DNA of 64,000 nucleotides from Alphaproteobacteria bacterium (GTDB taxonomy: Bacteria > Pseudomonadota > Alphaproteobacteria > GCA-2731375). Shown piece after piece: positions 50,913 through 60,485 of the stretch (positions within the stretch are counted from its first letter, which is position 1; every line of letters begins with the position of its first letter). The notes beneath the pieces were generated by a model. The model had not been told where the DNA came from. It saw nothing but the letters and a program-made list of their open reading frames with translations, and searched no databases. A program made the position numbers and the translations under genes. The stretch lies in NCBI GenBank assembly GCA_965225945.1, contig CBDDBZ010000038.1:288001-352000 (forward strand), read 5' to 3'.

Positions 50913-51478
50913 TGGCGATGCGTGAAATCACGTTGGCGTTGGAGCCGCTGACCCATGCGGCCTTCGCGCCCTATGGCGCGATAGTGGGCGGCGAGGGACG
51001 CGCGGCGGACTTCGAGGCGGAGCACCTGTGGAACTGGCGGGTGCCGTTCGAAGCCGACGGGCCGACCCAGGTGCTGTTGATCCGCTACAAACACGGCCCG
51101 CCCGTCTTCAGCCGGATGGAACGGCATTTCCATGTGACCCAAGGCTTCATGCCCTTGGGCGGCGTCGCCTCGGCGATGGTGGTGGCGCCACCGAGCGACC
51201 CCGAGGACGCCGAAGCGGTGCCGCCACCCGAGGCGGTCCGCGCCTTCCTGCTGACGGGCGAGGCGGGCGTGATCCTGCACCGGGGCACCTGGCACGCGCT
51301 GCAGCGCTTTCCCCTGGAGCCGCCGCATGTCGACGTCGCCTTCCTGACCGACGCCGCGACGCAGAGCGAGATCGAAGCGAGCGGCACCGCCGGCACGCCG
51401 CCGTTAAGGACGCAGGTCGTGGATTATGCGGAGCGCGAGGGCGTGCGGTTTCGCATCGAGGGGATCACGCCGCCATGA
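50912..51478 (+). CDS. Ureidoglycolate lyase-like cupin
   Basis: EPLTHAAFAPYG, MERHFHVTQGFMP, GTWHA. Confidence 0.8.
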   Translation: MAMREITLALEPLTHAAFAPYGAIVGGEGRAADFEAEHLWNWRVPFEADGPTQVLLIRYKHGPPVFSRMERHFHVTQGFMPLGGVASAMVVAPPSDPEDAEAVPPPEAVRAFLLTGEAGVILHRGTWHALQRFPLEPPHVDVAFLTDAATQSEIEASGTAGTPPLRTQVVDYAEREGVRFRIEGITPP

Positions 51479-51515
51479 GATCAAGGGCGAGAGATGACGT
51501 TCCCCGCCGTTCCCT

Positions 51516-52592
51516 TCAAGCCGCCACATTCTCCGCCGCCCGCGCCCGCTCCTCCGCCAGCAATCGCCGCTTGCGGTCCAAGCCCCAGCGATAGCCGCCG
51601 AGGCCGCCGTCCTCGCGGATCGCGCGGTGGCAGGGAATCGCGATCGAGACCGGGTTGGTGGCGCAGGCCCGGCCGACCGCGCGCTGGCCCTTGGGCAGGC
51701 CCAGGTGCTGCGCGATTTCCGAATAGGTCCGGGTCTCGCCCGCCGGGATCCGCGTCAGCTCCTCCCAAACGCGGCGCTGGAAGGCGGTCCACCGCACGTC
51801 CAACGGCAGTTCGAGAGGCGGCATGCGACCCGACAGATGCGCCACCACCGCGTCGGTCCAGGCGCCGAGCACCGCGTCGTCGCGCCGCATCGTGGCGCGC
51901 GGATACTCCGCCCGCAGTTCCGCCTCCAACGCCCGCGCATCGTCGCCGAACGCGATGAAGGCGACCCCACGCGTGGTCGCCGCGACCAGCAGCAGCCCCA
52001 AGGGAGAGTCGGCCACGGCAAAGGCCATGGCGGCGCCGGCGCCCCCCTTGGCATAGCTCGCCGGTGTCATGCCCAGTTCGCCCGGCGCCCGCTCGTAGAC
52101 CCGGCTGGAGGCGCCGTAGCCGGCCTCGTAGACCGCGCCCGTCACCGCCTCGCCCGCCTTCAAGCGATCCTTCAGCCGCGCGAGGCGCAGCGCGTCGGCG
52201 TAGCCCGACGGGCTGAGGCCCATAACCCGCTTGAAACTCTTCTGCAAATGATGCGGGCTGACGCCCAGCGCCGCGCCCAAGTCCGCCAAGCCCGGCGCGC
52301 CGTCCAAGCCTTCGTCGAGCGCGGTCTCGATCAGGGCGCAGACCCGCCTGGCGGTCTCGACGTGGGGGTCGGTCGGCTTGGCCGTGTCCGGGTCGCAGCG
52401 CTTGCAGGCGCGAAAGCCGGCGAGCCGGGCCGCCTCCGGCGTCGGGTAGAAATCGACGTTCTCCCGCTTCGGGGTCCGGCTCGGGCAGCCCGGCCGGCAA
52501 TAGATCCCGGTGGTCTTGACCGCGATGATGAAAGTGCCGGCGGCTCGGCGATCGCGCGCTTGGGTCGCCTGCCACATGTCCTCGGTGCGCAT
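51516..52592 (-). CDS. ada: Bifunctional Ada regulator / O6-methylguanine-DNA methyltransferase
   Basis: TTGIYCRPGC, GFRACKRC, AraC HTH, IPCHR. Confidence 0.95.
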   Translation of the reverse strand: MRTEDMWQATQARDRRAAGTFIIAVKTTGIYCRPGCPSRTPKRENVDFYPTPEAARLAGFRACKRCDPDTAKPTDPHVETARRVCALIETALDEGLDGAPGLADLGAALGVSPHHLQKSFKRVMGLSPSGYADALRLARLKDRLKAGEAVTGAVYEAGYGASSRVYERAPGELGMTPASYAKGGAGAAMAFAVADSPLGLLLVAATTRGVAFIAFGDDARALEAELRAEYPRATMRRDDAVLGAWTDAVVAHLSGRMPPLELPLDVRWTAFQRRVWEELTRIPAGETRTYSEIAQHLGLPKGQRAVGRACATNPVSIAIPCHRAIREDGGLGGYRWGLDRKRRLLAEERARAAENVAA

Positions 52593-52727
52593 ATTCTACT
52601 CCTCGTCGTCGTGTTTCGACGATGGATGTAGCGCAGCCCGGACGGCACGAATATCCGGATCCTGCGGCCACGGTCGAAGAGTTTATCACGCGCGCGATGG
52701 CAAGATGGAGGCAAGAGTGTCTGACCA

Positions 52728-52891
52728 AGGATAAGGGGACACAATACTTATCTTCATGAAGATAAGTATCCTGTTCCCCTTATCCTGTTCCCCTTATCCT
52801 GTTCGTGTCCCCTTATCCTGTTCCCCTTATCCTGTTCCCCTTATCCTGTTCCCCTTATCGTTCCCCTTATCCTGTTCCCCTTATCCTGTTC
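52728..52891. repeat. AT-rich palindrome followed by about 8 tandem copies of its right arm (14-bp CCTGTTCCCCTTAT)
   Basis: Perfect 26-bp core ATACTTATCTTCATGAAGATAAGTAT (52744-69); arms AGGATAAGGGG / CCCCTTATCCT; units start at 52770. Confidence 0.92.
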
Positions 52892-52941
52892 GGCGGATGG
52901 CGAGATGGAGACGAGGGCGCCAGCGACGCGGCCAGACACCG

Positions 52942-54537
52942 TCAGTGCCGAAAATGCCGCGTGCCGGTGAAGACCATGGCGAGGCCGGCGGCGTTGGCGG
53001 CCGCGATCACTTCCTCGTCGCGGATCGAGCCGCCGGGCTGGATCACCGCCGTCGCCCCCGCATCGGCCGCCGCCAGCAAGCCGTCGGCAAAGGGAAAGAA
53101 GGCGTCCGAGGCCACCACCGAGCCCTCGGTCCGCGCGGTCGTCTCGCCCGCCGCGTCGCCCGCCTCGCGCGATTTCAGCGCGGCAAGGCGGGCACTGTCG
53201 AGGCGGCTCATCTGTCCGGCGCCGACGCCGACCGTGGCGCCGTCCTTGACGTAGACGATGGCGTTCGACTTGACGTGCTTGGCGACGGTGTCGGCGAACA
53301 CGAGGTCGCGGGTCTCGGCCGCGCTCGGCGCCCGCTCGGTGACGACGCGAAGGTCCTCCGCCCGGCTCTGCGCGCCGTCGCGCGACTGTGCCAGGATGCC
53401 GCCGGCCGCCGAGCGGAAGACCATGCCGGCGGCGCCCGGGTCCGGCAGGTCGCCACTCAGCAGCAGGCGCAGGTTCCCTTTGGCGGCGATGATCTCAGCT
53501 GCCGCCTCCTCGGCGTCGGGGGCGATGATCACCTCGGTGAAGATCTCGGCGATTCGCGCCGCCGTCGCGGCGTCGAGTCTCCGGTTGAGGGCGATGATAC
53601 CGCCGAAGGCGCTGACCGGATCGCAGGCGAGCGCCCGGGCATAGGCGGTCTCCAGATCCTCGGCCAGCGCCACGCCACAAGGGTTGGCGTGCTTGATGAT
53701 AGCCACCGCCGCCGAGGCATGGGGTGGAAACTCCGCCACCAGCTCGAAGGCGGCGTCGGTGTCGTTCAAATTGTTGTAGCTGAGCGCCTTGCCTTGCACC
53801 TGGCGCGCCGTGGCGACGCCCGGCCGCGCCGTGCCCGAGACATAGAACGCGGCAACCTGGTGCGGGTTTTCGCCATAGCGCAGGACCTCCCGGCGTCGCC
53901 CGGCGAGCACCAGGCGCTCGGGGAAGCGCTCGCCGACCTCGCCCGCGAACCAGTCGGAGATCGCCGCGTCGTAAGCCCCCGTCGCGGCGTAAGCCTTGGC
54001 GGCGAGCGAACGCCTGAGCGCCAGCGTCGTCGCGCCGTCGTTCCCGGCCATTTCCGCCAGCACGGCCGCCTGATCGTCGGGGTCGACCAGCACGACGACA
54101 TGGGCGTGGTTCTTGGCCGCCGAGCGCAGCAGCGCCGGCCCGCCGATGTCGATGTTTTCGATACAGGCGAGCGCATCGGCGCCGGAGGCGACCGTCGCCT
54201 CGAAGGGATAGAGGTTGACCGCCACCAGGTCGATCGCGCCGATTCCGTGCGCCGCCATCGCCTCGCGGTCGGCGGGATCGTCGCGCCGGGCGAGGATGGC
54301 GCCATGGACCGCCGGGTGCAGCGTCTTCACCCGCCCGTCCATCAGCTCGGGGTATCCGGTGAGCTCGCTCACTTCGCGCACGGGGACGCCGGCCTCGGCG
54401 ATTGTACGGGCCGAGCCGCCGGTGGAGACGATCTCGACCCCGTGCGCGGCGAGCGCGGCGGCGAATTCGGCCAGGCCGGTCTTGTCCGAAACGGAGATCA
54501 AGGCCCGCCGGACGGGGACCAGATCGCGCGCGCTCAT
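52942..54537 (-). CDS. purH: Bifunctional AICAR transformylase / IMP cyclohydrolase
   Basis: [55 protein letters not shown]. Confidence 0.99.
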   Translation of the reverse strand: MSARDLVPVRRALISVSDKTGLAEFAAALAAHGVEIVSTGGSARTIAEAGVPVREVSELTGYPELMDGRVKTLHPAVHGAILARRDDPADREAMAAHGIGAIDLVAVNLYPFEATVASGADALACIENIDIGGPALLRSAAKNHAHVVVLVDPDDQAAVLAEMAGNDGATTLALRRSLAAKAYAATGAYDAAISDWFAGEVGERFPERLVLAGRRREVLRYGENPHQVAAFYVSGTARPGVATARQVQGKALSYNNLNDTDAAFELVAEFPPHASAAVAIIKHANPCGVALAEDLETAYARALACDPVSAFGGIIALNRRLDAATAARIAEIFTEVIIAPDAEEAAAEIIAAKGNLRLLLSGDLPDPGAAGMVFRSAAGGILAQSRDGAQSRAEDLRVVTERAPSAAETRDLVFADTVAKHVKSNAIVYVKDGATVGVGAGQMSRLDSARLAALKSREAGDAAGETTARTEGSVVASDAFFPFADGLLAAADAGATAVIQPGGSIRDEEVIAAANAAGLAMVFTGTRHFRH

Positions 54538-54600
54538 GAGGCTGCTCCAGGCGGTCGGGACACTTCGCCCCCGCCTATAGCATGGGCGCCCGGCCGCTTG

Positions 54601-54770
54601 CTATTCCGCCGCGTCGACCCGCTTCGCGGGGTCGGCGAAGGCGGCCATCAGCTCCGCTCCCACGGCCTCGGCGCGCACCACGTTCCGCGCCTTGACGTGA
54701 CCGAAGCCGCGAATCATGTCCCGAATCTCGGCGATCAAATGAGCCCGTGCGGCGATGTCGAGGCGGGCTT
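54601..54770 (-). pseudogene. C-terminal remnant of an indolepyruvate ferredoxin oxidoreductase-family gene
   Basis: IAEIRDMIRGFGHVKARN...AAE* resembles the family's conserved IRG(F/Y)GHVK terminus; upstream part absent. Confidence 0.55.
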
Positions 54771-54832
54771 CACGCCGGCCCCGACGAGCCCTACCATGGC
54801 GGCGAGTTCGGAAGCGAGCGGGGGGCGCGACC

Positions 54833-55090
54833 ATGGCGAAGGACAGCGCGGGCAAGCGGGGACGGATCCTGCTCGCTGGCTTGATCCTGGCGCTGTCGGT
54901 GCCGTTTGGCTTCGTCATCGCCCTTGTGGTCACGCCCTTTCTCTGGTGGATGGAAATCCGGGCCGCGTTTGCCTTCGCGGCGCAACCGGGACCCAAGCTG
55001 TACGTCATCGTGCTCTCGGTCCTGTTCGTATGGGGCGTGCTCTACGCCATCAGCGCCATGGTGATCAGGTACCGCCGAAACCAGCGTTGA
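54833..55090 (+). CDS. Small two-TM membrane protein
   Basis: 85 aa with two hydrophobic helices. Confidence 0.6.
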   Translation: MAKDSAGKRGRILLAGLILALSVPFGFVIALVVTPFLWWMEIRAAFAFAAQPGPKLYVIVLSVLFVWGVLYAISAMVIRYRRNQR

Positions 55091-55170
55091 AGCGCCGCTT
55101 CGAAGGCGTGACCATCGGTGGCGATCGGCCGCGCTGAAACGACATATCGGTTTCTCGGGAAGGGGAAAGC

Positions 55171-56232
55171 ATGAGCAAGCGAATCGCGATCGTCGGCGCC
55201 GGCGCCGTCGGCAGCCACGTCGGCGGCTATCTGGTGAAGAGCGGCCACGAGGTCATCTTCATCGATCCCTGGCCGGAGCACGTCGAGGTCATGCGCAACG
55301 ACGGCCTGACGCTGGCCGGGCTGAGCGAGCCCGAGTGCTTCACCGTGGCCGTCCGCGCCATGCATCTCACCGAGCTCGAATGCCTCTCCCGCGAGCCCGG
55401 CATCGACATCGCCTTCGTCTGCACCAAGTCCTACGACACCGAATGGGCGACGGTGATGATCCGGCAATATCTGGCGCCGGATGGCTTCGTCGTTTCGCTC
55501 CAGAACGGCATCAACGAGGACCGCATCGCCCGAATCGTCGGCTGGGGCCGCACGGTCGGCTGCATCGCCTCGATGATCTCAGTCGAACTGCACGCGCCGG
55601 GCCAGGTCCGCCGCAACGTCGCCCTCGGCGGGGAAAGACACACCGTGTTCCGCGTCGGCGAGGCGCACGGCCGCATCACGCCCAGAATCGAGGAGGTGGC
55701 GCAAATGGTCTCGGCCGCCGACAGCTCCAAGGCGACCAGCAACCTCTGGGGCGAGCGTTGGTCGAAGCTGGTGGCGAACTCGATGCGGAACGGCCTCTAC
55801 GCCGCCGCCGGTCTCGCCGGCGGCGCCGTCGACCTGATGGACACGCCGCGGATCGTGGCCCTCAAGCTCGCGACCGAAGCCGTGGTGGTCGGTCGCGCCC
55901 AGGGCTTCGTGCTGGAGACGATTTATGGGCAATCGCCGGACGCGCTTTATGCCGCCGGCACCGGCGACGCGGCCGCCTTCAAGGAGCTGGAGGCCTCGCT
56001 GATCGAGCGGGCCCGCAAGTCCAACGCCGCCGCGACCCACCGGCCCTCGATGGCGCAGGACATGGCCAAGGGGCGGCGCACCGAGATCGAGTTCCTGAAC
56101 GGCCTGGTGGTCGAGCGGGGCGAGCTCGTCGGCGTGCCGACGCCGACCAACCGGGCCATGATCGAGCTGGTGCAACGGGTCGAGCGCCGCGAGGTCCCGG
56201 CCTCGGTCGAGCTGCTGAACGAGTTGATGTGA
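55171..56232 (+). CDS. Ketopantoate reductase (PanE/ApbA) family protein
   Basis: IVGAGAVG, CTKSYDT, SLQNG, RWSKL, SMAQD...RRTEIEFLNG. Confidence 0.9.
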   Translation: MSKRIAIVGAGAVGSHVGGYLVKSGHEVIFIDPWPEHVEVMRNDGLTLAGLSEPECFTVAVRAMHLTELECLSREPGIDIAFVCTKSYDTEWATVMIRQYLAPDGFVVSLQNGINEDRIARIVGWGRTVGCIASMISVELHAPGQVRRNVALGGERHTVFRVGEAHGRITPRIEEVAQMVSAADSSKATSNLWGERWSKLVANSMRNGLYAAAGLAGGAVDLMDTPRIVALKLATEAVVVGRAQGFVLETIYGQSPDALYAAGTGDAAAFKELEASLIERARKSNAAATHRPSMAQDMAKGRRTEIEFLNGLVVERGELVGVPTPTNRAMIELVQRVERREVPASVELLNELM

Positions 56233-56252
56233 GCACGGGAGGTCGTTTCGTC

Positions 56253-56729
56253 GTGGGGGAGGAAGGCTTGGAGCTTCGCATCAACGGCGAGAGGCGATCG
56301 CTCGCCGGCGATCCCGAGACGCCGCTCGTCTTCGTGCTGCGCAACGAGCTGGGGCTGACGGGCACCAAATACGGCTGCGGACTGGAACAGTGTGGCAGTT
56401 GCGCCGTCCTGGTCGACGGCGAGGCGCGCCTGAGCTGCGTCACGCCGGCCAGCGCGTTCCAGGGCCGCGACGTCGTGACGGTCGAGGCGCTGGGCGAGGA
56501 TGCGGTCGGGGCCCGGGTGATCGAGGCCTTCATCGCCGAGGCGGCGGCGCAGTGCGGCTATTGCACGCCGGGCCTGGTGGTCGCCGCGACCGCGTTGCTG
56601 AAGGCCGAGCCTGCGCCGAGCGAGGCAGCGATCCGCCGGGCGCTTTCCGCCCATCTCTGTCGTTGCGGCTCGCACCACCGCGTGCTGCGCGCGGTCCGCC
56701 GGGCCGGGGGCACGGGCGATCGCGACTAA
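56253..56729 (+). CDS. (2Fe-2S)-binding small subunit of a xanthine dehydrogenase-family enzyme
   Basis: GTKYGCGLEQCGSC, QCGYCTPG, LCRCG; start uncertain. Confidence 0.9.
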   Translation: MGEEGLELRINGERRSLAGDPETPLVFVLRNELGLTGTKYGCGLEQCGSCAVLVDGEARLSCVTPASAFQGRDVVTVEALGEDAVGARVIEAFIAEAAAQCGYCTPGLVVAATALLKAEPAPSEAAIRRALSAHLCRCGSHHRVLRAVRRAGGTGDRD

Positions 56730-58869
56730 TCCCAGCCTGACCAAGCAACCCCGGGTCGATGCGTGGATCTCGCTGGCGCAAGAGGGGCGCGTTCTGGTGC
56801 GCAGCGGCAAGGTCGATATCGGCCAGCGCGTTTCCGATGCCATCCTCAGGATCGCGGCCGACGAGCTGGACGTCGATCCGGCCCGCGTCGTGGTCGAGGC
56901 GCGGCGGACCGGCGTCAGCCCCGACGAGGGCGTCACCTCCGGCAGCAACTCGATGGAGGAGTCCGGCACGGCCATGCGCCTCGCCGCCGCCACCCTCAGG
57001 CGCGAATTGGTGGCCCGCGCGGCCGCCGCCTTCGGCGTCGCGGTCGAGGGCATCGAGGTCGACGACGGCGAGCTGCGGTCCCGCGCCACCAACCAGTCGA
57101 CCACCTATTGGCGCCTCGCCGCCGAGGCCCCGCTGGAACTCGAGATCGATCCGGAGGTCCGGGCGAAGGCGCCGGAAGCCTACCGGGTGGTCGGCGGGGA
57201 TATGCCGGCCCTGGGCATCGAGGACCTGGTGCGCGGCCGGACCCGCTTCGTCCACGACTTAGGGCTGGACGGCATGCTGCATGCCCGCGTGGTTCGCCCG
57301 GCGCGGGAGGCGGCAAAGCTCGCCGGCGTCGACGAGGCGGCTATCGGGCGGCTCGGCCAGGCCGGCATCGAGGTGGTCCGCGACGCCAGCTTCCTCGCCG
57401 TCGCCGGGGCCGACGAATGGTGCGTCGTCGCCGCCGCCGAGGAACTCGGCCGCGCCACCACCTGGTCGCTCGGTCCCGAACTCGACGTGACGCCGCTCGA
57501 CCGCCAGCTGCTGGAGCGGCCCAGAGAAAGCTATCCGGTGATCGACGGCACGCCGACGAGCGCCCCGGTGCCGCCCGCGCCCTCGGCCCCGGCCTCGGCC
57601 GTCACCTCTCGCCACGCCCGCTACGTGCGGCCCTATGTGCTGCACGGCTCGATCGGCCCGTCGGCAGCGCTGGCGGTGATGGAGGCGGGAGATCTCGCCG
57701 TCTGGACCCAGAGTCAGGGAATCTACCCGCTCCGCGCCAGCCTCTCGGCGCTTCTGGCCATGGAACTCGAGCGGATCACCGTCCATCACGCGCCGGGCGC
57801 CGGCTGCTACGGCCACAACGGGGCGGACGACGCGGCGCTCGAGGCGGCGCTGGTGGCCCGCGCGCTCCCGTCCCGCCCGATCCTGCTGAAATGGACCCGG
57901 GCGGACGAGCACGGCTGGGAGCCCTTCGGCCCCGCCATGTTGATGGATCTGGCGGCGAGCCTCGACGGCGAGGGCAACGTCGTCGCCTGGTCGCACGAGG
58001 TCATGAGCGACACCCACATCGCCCGGCCCCGGCCGGGCACGCCGGGGCTCGGGCCCGAGCGGCTGTTGGCCACCCGCTATTTGGGCGAAGGCTCGCCCCG
58101 GCCGGCGCCGGTGGCGAACATGACCCACCACGGCGGCATCCACCGGAACGCCGAACCGATCTATCGCTTTCCCGATCCCCATATCGTCAAGCACCTGGTC
58201 CTGGGCCTGCCGCTCAGGACCTCGGCGCTCCGCACCCTCGGCGCCTTCGCCAATGTCTTCGCTATCGAATCCTTCATCGACGAGCTGGCGCTCGCTGCCG
58301 GCGAGGACGCGCTCGCCTTCCGGCTCCGCCATCTCGACGATTTGCGCGCGGCCGAGGTGCTGCGCCGGGCGGCGGAGGCGATCGGCTGGGACCGGCCCCG
58401 GCCCGAGGGACGCGGTCGGGGTCTCGCCATGGCGCGATACAAGGCGACCAAGGCCTATGCCGCGATCGGCGTCGAGCTTTCGGTGCCTGAGGACGCGGGC
58501 ATCCGCTTGCATCGCGCCGTGGTGGCCAGCGATGCGGGCCAGATCGTCGATCCCGACGCGCTCCGCGCCCAGCTCGAGGGCGGCTTCCTGCAAGCGGCGA
58601 GCTGGACGCTTCTGGAGGCCGTCGCCTTCGACCGCGATTCGGTCACCAGCCGGGACTGGGAGAGCTATCCGATCCTCGGTTTCGACGCGGTGCCGGAGAT
58701 CGAGACAATACTGGTGGACCGGCCGGGTGAGCCGTATCTCGGCGCGGGCGAGGGGGCCGCGGTACCGACCGCCGCGGCGATCGCCAACGCCGTCTTCGAG
58801 GCGACCGGCGTGCGCGCCCGCCGCCTGCCGCTGACACCCGAAACCCTGCGCGCGGCCGCCTCGGAGTGA
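56719..58869 (+). CDS. Molybdopterin-binding large subunit (NicB/IorB-like); no canonical start before the conserved N-terminus, first GTG at 56797
   Basis: SGKVDIGQ, TSGSNSM, HGSIGPS, GAGCYGHNGADD, AQLEGG, GAGE...AAIANA. Confidence 0.85.
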   Translation: MATNPSLTKQPRVDAWISLAQEGRVLVRSGKVDIGQRVSDAILRIAADELDVDPARVVVEARRTGVSPDEGVTSGSNSMEESGTAMRLAAATLRRELVARAAAAFGVAVEGIEVDDGELRSRATNQSTTYWRLAAEAPLELEIDPEVRAKAPEAYRVVGGDMPALGIEDLVRGRTRFVHDLGLDGMLHARVVRPAREAAKLAGVDEAAIGRLGQAGIEVVRDASFLAVAGADEWCVVAAAEELGRATTWSLGPELDVTPLDRQLLERPRESYPVIDGTPTSAPVPPAPSAPASAVTSRHARYVRPYVLHGSIGPSAALAVMEAGDLAVWTQSQGIYPLRASLSALLAMELERITVHHAPGAGCYGHNGADDAALEAALVARALPSRPILLKWTRADEHGWEPFGPAMLMDLAASLDGEGNVVAWSHEVMSDTHIARPRPGTPGLGPERLLATRYLGEGSPRPAPVANMTHHGGIHRNAEPIYRFPDPHIVKHLVLGLPLRTSALRTLGAFANVFAIESFIDELALAAGEDALAFRLRHLDDLRAAEVLRRAAEAIGWDRPRPEGRGRGLAMARYKATKAYAAIGVELSVPEDAGIRLHRAVVASDAGQIVDPDALRAQLEGGFLQAASWTLLEAVAFDRDSVTSRDWESYPILGFDAVPEIETILVDRPGEPYLGAGEGAAVPTAAAIANAVFEATGVRARRLPLTPETLRAAASE

Positions 58870-58982
58870 GGCGCCGAGGTCGCCCCGACATCGCCTTGCG
58901 CCCCCGCCCGCGCCCGTCTAGTTTGCGCGCCGCCGGGCCCTTCGGCGGGTTCAAGTGGGATTTTTGGGGGAGTCACGCGCCC

Positions 58983-59123
58983 ATGGTGGAAACCGGAGGC
59001 ATCGCTCGGGAGCGATTGCGTCACCTCATCGAGCGGGTCGAACGCCTGGAGGACGAGCGCCGCGCGCTTGGCGCCGACGCGCGCGAGATTTACGCCGAGG
59101 CCAAGGCGCTCGGGATGGAATGA
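58983..59123 (+). pseudogene. Truncated GapR/DUF2312 nucleoid protein (46 aa)
   Basis: LRHLIERVERLEDERRALGADAREIYAEAKALG then stop; C-terminal half missing. Confidence 0.7.
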
Positions 59124-59124
59124 G

Positions 59125-60456
59125 ATGACGACGAGACGAATCGACAAAGTCGCGGTCATGGGCGCCGGCACCATGGGCAGCGGCATCGCCGCCCTTTGCG
59201 CCGCCAACGGCATCGAGGTTCTGCTGTTGGACCTGGCGAGCCGCGAGGGCGAGCGGAACGCTGTCGCCGCCGGGGCCAAGGCTGCTATGCTCGAGGGCCG
59301 CGCGCCGCTGCTGGAGGCGGCGGCCGACGCCGAGCGGATCACGATCGGCAATTTCGACGACGACATGGGCCGCCTCGGGAGTGTGGACCTGATCGTCGAG
59401 GCGATCGTCGAGGACCTGGGCGCCAAGCGGGCGCTCTTCGAGAAGCTGGAGGCGGCGCGCCGCGACGGCTCCATCGTCACCACGAATACCAGTGGCATCC
59501 CGCTCCGCGACATCGTCGCCGGCCTGCCCGAGCGGCTTGGCCGGGACGTCGCGGTCACGCATTTCTTCAACCCCGTCAAAGTGATGAAGCTGGTGGAGCT
59601 GGTCGCGGGCGAGGCCACCATGGGCGATGTCGTCGAGTGCCTGGAGAGCTTTCTCAGGCACCGCCTGTCGAAGGGCGTGGTGCGGGCCAAGGATACGGTC
59701 AACTTCATCGCCAACCGGATCGGCTGTTTCTGGTTGCTCGCCGGCTTGGCGGAGGGCGAAGCGGCGATCGCCAAGGGTGTCTCGATCGAGACCATGGACG
59801 CGGCGATGAGCGCCCCGGTGGGGGTGCCCGCCACCGGCCTCTTCGGTCTGGTCGACCTGATCGGCCTCGACGTCTTGGGGCTGATCGCCGCCAATCTCAA
59901 CGACAACCTACCAGCGGGCGATGCCGGGCGCGACTATATCGCGCTGCCGGCGGGCATCCAGGCGATGCTCGATGGCGGCCAGCTCGGGCGCAAGTCCGGC
60001 GGCGGCTTCTACCGCATGACCAAGACCGACGACGGCGGGCGGCTGCGCGAGGTTTACGATCATCACGGGCGCGTTTGGCGCGACGTGGGCGCGGCGGACT
60101 TGAGCGAGGGCGAGCGGGACCTCGCCGGCCTCCTCTTCGCCGAGAGCGCCGTCGGCCGCTACGCCTGGGACGTGATGGGCCGGACGCTGCTCTACGCCGC
60201 CGATCTGGTGCCGGAGATTTCCGACGACATCGTCGGCATCGATTCCGCCATGCGCTGGGGCTTCGCCTGGAAGCAGGGCCCCTTCCAGATGCTGGACAGG
60301 CTCGGCCCGGCGCGCGTGGCGGCCCGCTTGGAGGCCGAGGGCCGGCCCGTGCCGGCGATGCTGCGCACGCTTCGCGAAACCGGCGGCGAGAGCTTCTATC
60401 GCGCCGACGGGGCCGAACATTTGGGCCCGGACGGCTCCTATCATGGGGTAAGATGA
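59125..60456 (+). CDS. 3-hydroxyacyl-CoA dehydrogenase (FadN-like, without C-terminal hydratase domain)
   Basis: VMGAGTMGSGIA, EAIVE, TNTSG, HFFNP, NFIANRIG, MRWGF. Confidence 0.9.
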   Translation: MTTRRIDKVAVMGAGTMGSGIAALCAANGIEVLLLDLASREGERNAVAAGAKAAMLEGRAPLLEAAADAERITIGNFDDDMGRLGSVDLIVEAIVEDLGAKRALFEKLEAARRDGSIVTTNTSGIPLRDIVAGLPERLGRDVAVTHFFNPVKVMKLVELVAGEATMGDVVECLESFLRHRLSKGVVRAKDTVNFIANRIGCFWLLAGLAEGEAAIAKGVSIETMDAAMSAPVGVPATGLFGLVDLIGLDVLGLIAANLNDNLPAGDAGRDYIALPAGIQAMLDGGQLGRKSGGGFYRMTKTDDGGRLREVYDHHGRVWRDVGAADLSEGERDLAGLLFAESAVGRYAWDVMGRTLLYAADLVPEISDDIVGIDSAMRWGFAWKQGPFQMLDRLGPARVAARLEAEGRPVPAMLRTLRETGGESFYRADGAEHLGPDGSYHGVR

Positions 60457-60485
60457 GGAACCGAGGCCCCGGAGATAGCGCGGGG

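Noticed and set aside
52770-52891. CRISPR array
   Set aside because: Units are 14 bp, contiguous and have no unique spacers; no cas genes in the window.
54538-54600. ZTP (pfl) riboswitch upstream of purH, suggested by CCGACCGCCTGG on the minus strand
   Set aside because: The 5' GACUGGCGGA/GUGG...CCAC part is absent and the space is too short; it folds as a simple hairpin before the RBS.
2751-55137. Long antisense or alternate-frame ORFs (e.g. 2751-4499, 7926-9878, 19610-21469, 34914-37064, 52756-55137)
   Set aside because: Shadow ORFs expected in high-GC DNA opposite well-supported genes; no recognisable motifs. The PYPVPL repeats at 52756 are just the translated tandem repeat.
59121-59123. 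Selenocysteine read-through of the TGA ending the GapR fragment
   Set aside because: The downstream frame (DDDETNRQ...) is not GapR-like, the position is not a Cys site, and no SECIS-like hairpin was seen.
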